In this document: in pieces, positions 57,307 to 64,000 of the stretch | How positions within the stretch are numbered: position 1 is the stretch's first letter | Layout: each line of letters starts with the position of its first letter | DNA from: Candidatus Eiseniibacteriota bacterium | GTDB lineage: Bacteria > Eisenbacteria > RBG-16-71-46 > CAIMUX01 | Direction: 5' to 3' | DNA: 64,000 nt | Assembly (NCBI GenBank): GCA_963833505.1 | Contig: CAWHYG010000004.1 | Coordinates: 223,025 to 287,024, forward strand | Notes under the pieces: model-generated | Told to the model about the DNA's origin: nothing | The model's database searches: none | Seen by the model: only the letters and a program-made list of their open reading frames with translations | Translations under genes and position numbers: made by a program

Positions 57307-58136
57307 GCGCCGAAGTTTCGAAGGAAGTCGTCTTTCGCGTCCGCCGATTCACTCCGGGGCGGGACGCGGCGCCGGAATGGAAGGACTACCGCATCCCCTC
57401 GCCGCCGGGCATGACCGTGCTCGACGGGCTCTGGAAGATCAAGGAGACGGTCTCGCCCGACCTTTCGTGGCGGTTCTCCTGCCGGATGGGCATCTGTGGA
57501 TCCTGCGGGATGATGATCAACGGCTTGCCCCGCCTGGCCTGCAACACGCAGGTCTCCGATCTCGGAGGCGGAATGGTCGCAATCGCGCCGCTGCCCAACT
57601 TCGACATCATCCGCGATCTTGTCCCCGATCTGTCCCCGATGTTCGACACCCACGCCGCCTTGGGACCGCACCTGATCCGGGAGGACGTCCAGGAGCAGGA
57701 GCATCCCACCGGGGAATTCCTGCAGTCGGCGCACGAGCTGGAGGAGTATCTCCAGTTCTCCTATTGCATCAAGTGCGGATGCTGCATGGCCGCCTGCCCG
57801 ACCTTCGCCACCGACCCCGAGTACGCCGGTCCGATGCCGCTGGCCCAGGCCCAGCGCTACAACGCGGACAGCCGCGACGGCGGGTTCGGCGAACGGCGGA
57901 AGACGCTCTCCGGCGGGCGGGGTCCGTGGCGCTGCCACTTCGCCGGCGAGTGCTCGCGGGTCTGCCCCAAGGGCGTCGATCCGGCGAAGGCGATCCAGCT
58001 CATGAAGCGCTCGCTCGTGCTCGACTTCCTCAAGCTGCGGAAGCGCGGATGCCCGGCCAAGGTGGCGCCGGCCCGCACGGACGCCGTTCGCCGCGAGGGG
58101 ATTCCGGCGGCGCCGGCGCGGACGATCCCGGCTTAG
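57303..58136 (+). CDS. sdhB: Succinate dehydrogenase/fumarate reductase iron-sulfur subunit
   Basis: The 2Fe-2S region 'CRMGICGSCGMMINGLPRLAC' plus 'CIKCGCCMAACP' and 'CHFAGECSRVCP' clusters. Confidence 0.85.
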   Translation: MSAEVSKEVVFRVRRFTPGRDAAPEWKDYRIPSPPGMTVLDGLWKIKETVSPDLSWRFSCRMGICGSCGMMINGLPRLACNTQVSDLGGGMVAIAPLPNFDIIRDLVPDLSPMFDTHAALGPHLIREDVQEQEHPTGEFLQSAHELEEYLQFSYCIKCGCCMAACPTFATDPEYAGPMPLAQAQRYNADSRDGGFGERRKTLSGGRGPWRCHFAGECSRVCPKGVDPAKAIQLMKRSLVLDFLKLRKRGCPAKVAPARTDAVRREGIPAAPARTIPA

Positions 58137-58978
58137 CCGGTGAAAGCGGCAGCGACAAAGCAAGACTGATCGTGGTGCTGCAGGCCTGGGGCGGGGGAGG
58201 TCCGGAGGTCTGCTCCGAAGAGATCTTGGCGACCCCCTCCGCGCTTCGCGCGGAGGGTCGGTCCTCCTCCGGGGTCGCGCTTCGCGCTCCGTCCTTCGCT
58301 TCGCTTCGGACCTCGACCCGCTCCGCGGGTCTCGCCCTCCGTCCTCCCTGTCGCACGCTCGCTGCGCTCGCTCGGACCCTTGCCCTCCCACGTTTCACAT
58401 GGAAGATGGAAACAGCGACCGCATGGGTCGTTACGTGGAGACGGTGAGCGGTGGTGATGAACCATTGCCTCTTTGACGCCACCGGCTGCAACCCGGCCAG
58501 CGGAAGCCTGTGGCTCATATCCCCGGAGGCCACCCGCATGTCTACCTTCCCCGGGGTTCGCTGCTGCACGTCCCAATACACCCATCCGGCGCTGGGATTG
58601 GGCCGACCCCGCCCGCCTGGCACCAACCCAGAAGGACCTGTATCCCGCCTTCACGGCGGGATCGGACCCCCCGCGGGCACGGAAGAACTCGTCGTCGATG
58701 ACCTTTTGTGGGCTCCCGGAAGCTGACCGTGTCCGGACACAACAATGGTCCGATCGAGACCGGGCCCTGGGTGAACCGCACGTCGGAGAATGAGCGCTGC
58801 CATGGACCACGGCAAGATCGCGGTTCGGACCATCCACGAGATTCGTGTCCCTTCGGCACCGGTGCGTAGGCGCGTCGATTCCCGGGATTCCGCTGGGATT
58901 GGCCGGGGCGCCGCCGTCCGGTGGCGTGTCTCGGTCCCGGGTGGCAGGGAGGCGGGGCGTGAAAGGAGAGAAGCCGGG

Positions 58979-60701
58979 CTACCCCGGCGGGCCTGTCGCC
59001 GGCGCGCTGGTGCCCAGTGCGTCTCGATAGTTCCAGGGCATCCAGCCGGAGGGGTTGGCGGCCGTCTCGCGGGGGTGTCGGAGAACATCGACGAGATAGC
59101 GGAAGGGATCGGCCCCGCTGAGCTCGGCCGTGTGGATCAGGCTCATGAAGAGGTCCCCCACCCGGGCGCCGTTCTGCGTCTTGTAAAAGAGGGAGTTCTT
59201 GCGGTGCACAATGGCGCGCTTCAGAGCTCTTTTCGCAGATCGTGTTATCAAGGGGTGCGCCGGGTTTCCTGAGGAACAACGTGAGCTTGTCCCAGTGCTT
59301 TTCCATATAGGAGATGGCGTCGCCCAGGCCCGAGTTCGGCTCGACCAGGTGCTCCTCGAACTGCTCCCGGCCCCACGTCCTGAGCTTCTCCATGATGGGT
59401 CCGCTCTGGTCCCGGTGAAAGGCGAGGCGCTCCTCGGTTCCCATCTTCCGCTCGCGAGCGAGAGCGTCGTTCCGGTAGACCGCGCGCAAAGTCTCGAACA
59501 CGTAGCGGCATTCGTCGGGGAAGCGATCGGCCACCTGGACGAAGTTCCTCCTGGCATGGACGAGACAGCTCCCCACGATCGTCTCAAAGTCTCCGCTGGT
59601 GTTCCGGGAGAGCGCATCGCACATCTGGATGGGCGGGGACAACTCCTCCGCCCGTCGCTTCAGCACCTGCTCCAGGTTCTCTCCCGCGTGCTTGCGACCG
59701 GTGAAGAAGAGCGCCATCCGGTGCTCTCCCGTCCGTGAGACAATCCCGGAGGTGAAGATCCCGGTGCGCTCCTTGGGATCCTTTTCGGGTTCCGGCCGGC
59801 CGACGGCCTCCACGTCGGGATCGGCCTCCGTTTCCCCCACGAGATCCGTTCGGATGCCTGGCATCACCTCTCGGTTCGACGACTTCATCAGCTCGAGAAC
59901 CTTCATCGTGGTGTCGTCATTGTAGAAGACCTCCCCCTGGGCGGCCTGTCGGATGAGCTCCTCATGAACCGGTTCGAGCGCTTTGGCGCCGCCGGCCACC
60001 AGTTCCCATTGCGTGGCGGCGGGCAACGGGATGCCCAGGCTGCCCTCCAGCTTCTCCAACCGGTTGAAAGGAAGGCCGCAACCGTAGCGGAGAAGTCCGA
60101 TCATAGCCGTGGCCGATTCGTCGTACTTCGCCGTACCGACCCCCGGGGGCGGTTCGGCCGAGAAAACCTGGCCGCAGGCGTTGCAGCGGAGGCGCTCCAG
60201 CTCGAAGACCGAAGCTTGCAAGGGAGCCATCCCCGTGATCCGCAGCAGAGAGGCCGGTTCGTTCTGCAGGTACACCTTCCCGCGGCCGCACTCGGGACAC
60301 CCGGCGCCGTGCGTCAGCGACGCGTGCGGCACCGGCACCTTCTTCGCGCCCCAGTAGGCTTCCACTCCATGGCGGCCGTGCCCATGAGGCTTCACGGCCG
60401 ATGCTTCCTTCGACGGCGAGCCGGTCGCGCCGGCCTCTCCACCGGCGGCGGCATGGCCCTCGAACACGTCCCGGAGCACCCGGCTCGTCTTCTCCGTGCT
60501 CGGCCCGAAGAGCAACCGCCGCAGCCGATCGATCGAGGTCCCCTTCGACTCCAGCTCCCGGGTCAGAAAGCCCAGCGTATCCACCGCTGCCCTCAGCTTC
60601 CCGTGCTCCTCCGCATTCAAAGCCCCTTCTCGGGTCCGCTCGAGGATCGCCTCCAGTTCCTTCCACTCGACCTCGCGGCGCCGCATCTCTCGTCGATTCA
60701 T
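58979..60701 (-). pseudogene. tnpC: IS66 family transposase TnpC, frameshifted (+1) at an A-run near 59223-59228
   Basis: The N-terminal coiled-coil/zf-IS66 reads 'MNRREMRRREVEWKELEAILERT...'. The DDE core contains 'NDDTTMKVL'. The canonical C-terminal module 'RALKRAIVHRKNSLFYKTQNGARVGDLFMSLIHTAELSGADPFRYLVDVL' is in a different frame (ORF 58979..59617). Confidence 0.8.
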
Positions 60702-61612
60702 GCCGACCTCGTGAGGTGTTCCCGAAAGTGCCGGGTCAGCGGATAGACAAGCACATCCTTGCGCGGACGGTTGGGCCGACCGGTCTGGTCGTTCTTGCCC
60801 CGACCCGTCGTTTGACCCACGCAGATCCAGTTCGCCGCCCGGTAACAGGTGCCGCGCCACCGGGTGCGGTCGACGAAGGTCTCAGCCAGGTGAACCGGAT
60901 GGTGGTACCACCACTCCCATTCCCCCGGAAGCATCCGTACCATCCGACCGAGCAGATGGGACGCCAAATGCGGGACTTCCACCCAGGGCAGGATGAGGAA
61001 CCGGCTGTTGTAGCCGACGAAGCGGATGTTCTCGCGCCGGGCCTGAGCCGACCAACCGATGAACCGATCCCGCGGGCCGAGATGGCGGGGCGCCGAGGTC
61101 CAGAGAAAACAGGCCACCGGCCGGCCGGCCGCGAAGACCAGGTGCTTCAGGTGCTCGCCCACCGGTCGCGTGAAGCCGAGGTAGTGATGTCTTCGGATCA
61201 GGCCGTCGAACCTTCGCTCTTCCTCGGTCCGCCGCACCTGACGGAAAGTCAACGAACCCAGTTCCGCCAACGAACCGCGGATCGGCGGGGCTTCCCACGG
61301 AAGAAGCGTCGGCTCCGGTGACGGCCGCGATCGGTCGGGCATCTTCATGCGCGGCGGCGGCAGCGTGATCTCGCCCGCACGGTCCAGGGCCAGGAGCAAC
61401 CCGCGGCAGACACCATCGCGCGGGTATCCGTTCGGTTGCATCCAACCCCAGGCCGCGCACAGTTCGAGCGACAGGGCGCGCCGACTCGCACTCGGGTTCT
61501 TCGCCAGAAGCTCGCGGACCAAGAGCACATCCGACTCGGTGATCGGACGGCCTCGATACTGCAGAACCGTGCTCATGCGGAAGGGAATAACCGAGGGCGG
61601 AAAAGAACGCAA
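60698..61612 (-). CDS. DUF4338-like protein (the domain family that includes Druantia DruA, recalled from memory), carried as a passenger inside the IS66 element
   Basis: 304 aa with the motifs 'IRRHHYLGFTRPVGEHLKHLVF', 'FLWTSAPRHLGPRDRFIGW', 'RFLILPWVEVPHLASHLLG' and 'GTCYRAANWICVGQTTGRG'. Its stop overlaps the tnpC ATG as ATGA. Confidence 0.5.
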   Translation of the reverse strand: MRSFPPSVIPFRMSTVLQYRGRPITESDVLLVRELLAKNPSASRRALSLELCAAWGWMQPNGYPRDGVCRGLLLALDRAGEITLPPPRMKMPDRSRPSPEPTLLPWEAPPIRGSLAELGSLTFRQVRRTEEERRFDGLIRRHHYLGFTRPVGEHLKHLVFAAGRPVACFLWTSAPRHLGPRDRFIGWSAQARRENIRFVGYNSRFLILPWVEVPHLASHLLGRMVRMLPGEWEWWYHHPVHLAETFVDRTRWRGTCYRAANWICVGQTTGRGKNDQTGRPNRPRKDVLVYPLTRHFREHLTRSA

Positions 61613-61655
61613 GAGAAAAAACGATCGCCGGAAGAAAAGAGGGGGGCGCCCAGTC

Positions 61656-62018
61656 TCACGCCCCCACCGTGACCCGACGCCAGATCGGCGCCGCCCGGGT
61701 CGAACCGGGATCTCCGCCGGAGAAGAGCACCGCCAGCTCGTGCGCCCGCATCGAGCTCGCCCGCTCCTTCTCGTCCGCGGGCCACCAGCGGAATCGGCCG
61801 CTCGAGAGACGCTTGTAGCAAAGCCAAAAGCCTTGGCCGTCGTACACGATCACCTTGAGGCCCGTCCCACGACGATTGCGGAACACAAAGACCGTGCCGG
61901 AGAACGGATCAGCCTTGAGGACGCTCCGACACACGCGCGAGAGACCGTCGATGCCGCAGCGGAAATCCGCCGGTTCCACCGCCACCAAGACCCGCATCTG
62001 CGGGGTGATCTGGAGCAT
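61656..62018 (-). CDS. tnpB: IS66 family accessory protein TnpB (IS66 Orf2)
   Basis: 121 aa 'MLQITPQMRVLVAVEPADFRCGIDGLSRVCRSVLKADPFSGTVFVFRNRRGTGLKVIVYDGQGFWLCYKRLSSGRF' matches IS66 Orf2. The track ORF extends to 62453 in-frame, but that part overlaps tnpA. Confidence 0.8.
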   Translation of the reverse strand: MLQITPQMRVLVAVEPADFRCGIDGLSRVCRSVLKADPFSGTVFVFRNRRGTGLKVIVYDGQGFWLCYKRLSSGRFRWWPADEKERASSMRAHELAVLFSGGDPGSTRAAPIWRRVTVGA

Positions 62019-62446
62019 CAGCGTTGCTTCCAGAGAGCGGCGGCCAGGACCAGCACCTCCGCACGTTCGTGGGTCGACAACCGGACGACGAGCCGGGAAC
62101 CGTCGGCTCCCCAGAGCTCCACCGCCGGGCCGTCGATCGTGGATCGCCCGAGCAACGACTCCGCGCCGAGTTCGACGAACCGAGTCGGTCCTCTCTTCTC
62201 CGCGCCTGCCTCGGCGCCGGCGACCCTCCGCTTCAGGGCGCCGTAGTCGAGACGCAAGGCCCGCGAGATGGGAGCGATGCCGTGCAACCGCGCCAGGAAA
62301 ACCGCGGCTTCCCACAGCTTCTCCGGCATCGCCCGCGAATCGCGATGCCGACGCCAATGCTCGATGCGGGTCCGAAGCCCATGCACCCGGGCGGGGAGTG
62401 CTCCGTCCTTCCTTGCCATGAGTCGTCCTCCTTTGGGTCCGTCCAC
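62018..62446 (-). CDS. tnpA: IS66 family TnpA-like (Orf1) protein
   Basis: 142 aa, basic and helix-rich. It sits immediately upstream of tnpB and overlaps it by 1 nt, as is usual for IS66. Confidence 0.6.
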   Translation of the reverse strand: MDGPKGGRLMARKDGALPARVHGLRTRIEHWRRHRDSRAMPEKLWEAAVFLARLHGIAPISRALRLDYGALKRRVAGAEAGAEKRGPTRFVELGAESLLGRSTIDGPAVELWGADGSRLVVRLSTHERAEVLVLAAALWKQR

Positions 62447-62559
62447 GACTCATGACGGTAGGGGGAGGCTACGCGCGAATCACGCAGCCGGGCCGAAGGG
62501 ACACCGAGATTCTGGTGGAGAGGCTTCCGGGATAGGGTTGCGTTAAGATCACCCCGCCC

Positions 62560-63978
62560 TTACCGCACGATGGTCGCAGGCGCGGACCACGAGCGCCCGC
62601 CGGCAGCGGTCACGATGAGGAAGTACCGGCCCGGAGCCGCCGCAGCTCCGCGAGAGTTCCGGCCGTCCCAGACGATGGTCGTCCCACCAGCGGGTACCTG
62701 ACCGAGAGCCCAGGACTTGATCCGGCTCCCCAGGACATCGACGACCTTGGCGCTCAGCCAGCCGCGGCTGGGAACTTGGAGCTGCCAGGCAATCCGGCCG
62801 GCGCTCGGATCGGGCCGTCCCGCGGACAAGCCGGAGCCTTCCGGCGGGCGGGTCTGCCCCGGGACTCCCGAAGGATCACTGCATCCCTGTCCCTCCGCGC
62901 CGATCAACTGGCCGCAGAGGCTGCGTTGGGGCAGGCAGAGCGAAAGGCTGTTGAGCGTCCAGTCACCGGCCGTGGTCTGGCTGCAGGCGACCGCGCCGCA
63001 GAACATCGGGTCGCTGTAGATGCAGGAAGGATCGTATTGGATGGCGCCGGATTCAGTGTATACACCGGTGGAATCGATGTCAGTGCAGGTAAGGCCACTC
63101 CCGCCGCTCGAGTAGAGCTGAGCCCCTAGACCCGGCGAGCAGTTGCCCCAGACGATCGATCGCTCCAGCGTAGACTGACCAATGAGCATGCCACCTCCAC
63201 CCGCCTCAGAGTAGTTAGCCGAGATCGTGCAGTTGTTGATGAGTTCTTGGTCCTCCACCAGGATGCCGCCGCCGCCGTACTTGCCGTTGTTGCCCGTGAT
63301 CACGCAATCGGTGATAACGGTCCCGGAGTCAAAGTAGACGTACATGCCCCCCCCACGTCGGCCAGAGTTTCCGGAGATGACACATCCGCTGACCGTCGAC
63401 CCGTAGACGTAAAGGGCAAGCCCTCCCCCCTCGTCACCCGTACAGTTGATGATCTTGCAGTTCCTGATCACCGGGGAAGCCGTGTCGCAGAGGATGCCGC
63501 CGCCGTCGTCATCGGGTTGCAGCCCGAGCGAGTTCCCGTTCTCGATCGTCAGCCCCTGGATGCACGCGGTGCTCGGCTCGAAATGTCCCACGTTGAATCC
63601 GCGTCCGGCGTTCTGGCAGTCAATGATCGTCTGGTCGGCTCCCGCCTGGGATGTGATCACGATGTCCTTGCCCTTGAGGTCGATGTTCCGGTTCCCCGAG
63701 CCCCGGTAGATCCCCGGGCTGATCAGCACGGTGTCCCGGTTGGCCGAGTTGTCGATCGCGTTTTGGATGGTCGGATAGACCTGGGGAACCAATCGGGTTT
63801 TGGCCGACGTCTTGCCGGGGCCGCTCCATAGGAGGATTACGGCAGCGAGGATCGGAAGGCAGCCCCTGCGGCCATTGCGGACAGGTCGATTCCAATGAGA
63901 TGCAGTCGCCACAGGAAACCTCCCGGGAGGGCGCGCTCCGCAACAGGCCGGGGCGCGCCTCGATCCGTCAGCGTACAA
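62560..63978 (-). CDS. Secreted right-handed beta-helix repeat protein with a FlgD-Ig/T9SS-like C-terminal domain, paralog of 36453..37877
   Basis: The signal region is 'CLPILAAVILLWSG'. The motif 'VYPTIQNAIDNSANRDTVLISPGIYRGSGNRNIDL' aligns with the paralog. The C-terminus reads '...GRYFLIVTAAGGRSWSAPATIVR'. Confidence 0.75.
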   Translation of the reverse strand: MYADGSRRAPACCGARPPGRFPVATASHWNRPVRNGRRGCLPILAAVILLWSGPGKTSAKTRLVPQVYPTIQNAIDNSANRDTVLISPGIYRGSGNRNIDLKGKDIVITSQAGADQTIIDCQNAGRGFNVGHFEPSTACIQGLTIENGNSLGLQPDDDGGGILCDTASPVIRNCKIINCTGDEGGGLALYVYGSTVSGCVISGNSGRRGGGMYVYFDSGTVITDCVITGNNGKYGGGGILVEDQELINNCTISANYSEAGGGGMLIGQSTLERSIVWGNCSPGLGAQLYSSGGSGLTCTDIDSTGVYTESGAIQYDPSCIYSDPMFCGAVACSQTTAGDWTLNSLSLCLPQRSLCGQLIGAEGQGCSDPSGVPGQTRPPEGSGLSAGRPDPSAGRIAWQLQVPSRGWLSAKVVDVLGSRIKSWALGQVPAGGTTIVWDGRNSRGAAAAPGRYFLIVTAAGGRSWSAPATIVR

Positions 63979-64000
63979 TGGTAACCGTGCTGACCCTCTT

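Larger units (their letters stand above)
58979..62446 (-). mobile_element. IS66-family insertion sequence with the gene order tnpA-tnpB-[DUF4338-like passenger]-tnpC. This is the minimal extent; terminal inverted repeats were not located.
   Basis: The three IS66 ORF types are recognised by sequence (see the individual features). The element lies between the sdh operon and a secreted beta-helix gene. Confidence 0.65.

Noticed and set aside
58137-58978. Small ORFs (58133..58837, 58030..58626 and others) between sdhB and IS66
   Set aside because: Overlapping, low-complexity, with no starts and no RBS. The region is more likely non-coding or IS-end debris.
58979-62560. Terminal inverted repeats of the IS66 element
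   Set aside because: I compared roughly 100 bp beyond each end by eye and could not find convincing inverted repeats or direct target duplications, so the element boundaries are left undefined.
1-64000. tRNA, rRNA, tmRNA and riboswitch genes
   Set aside because: I scanned the intergenic regions and saw no cloverleaf-compatible or rRNA-like sequence. None is reported.

Overview
This is a 64-kb, roughly 68-70% GC bacterial window with no rRNA, tRNA or CRISPR that I could recognise. It is a mosaic of housekeeping genes and an accessory secretome. The housekeeping genes include tkt-gnd-zwf, rseP, ppk2, efp, trpB2, thrS, a flotillin and an sdh/frd operon in the order A-C-D-B. The secretome is unusually rich and comes in three groups. 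(1) Two tandem paralogs (one intact at 1831-4638, one a decayed deletion derivative at 85-1726) encode secreted proteins built from about 40-aa, 6-cysteine repeats ('GACCFxDGTCxLLTxxxCxQAGGTWQGxNTVCxPNPCPQP'). Together with an unrelated secreted protein (44697-45470) they end in the same short C-terminal tail 'PVxxxTWG(R/Q)IKx(L/T)Y(R/H)', which is a candidate sorting signal. (2) At least five other secreted proteins end in a FlgD-Ig-like or T9SS-like C-terminal domain ('...GxYFLxVTxxGxxxSxxxxL(I/V)R'). They include a beta-helix pair, an FG-GAP giant and a beta-propeller protein. This points to an uncultivated Gram-negative lineage of the Gemmatimonadota / Ca. Eisenbacteria / FCB type; that placement is inference only. 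(3) A Ser/Thr kinase with a periplasmic TolB-like propeller sits next to an FHA plus sigma54 activator and the FG-GAP giant. At the DNA level there is an 808-bp array of 42-bp tandem repeats, each with a conserved 24-bp core and an 18-bp hypervariable part. There is also an approximately 145-bp MITE-like element with terminal inverted repeats, present twice in opposite orientation. An IS66-family element carries a DUF4338-like passenger ORF wedged between tnpB and a frameshifted tnpC. A WYL-domain regulator sits between ppk2 and efp. Four single-nucleotide frameshifts at homopolymers need read-level checking. Many long ORFs on the six-frame track are antisense high-GC artefacts and were rejected.
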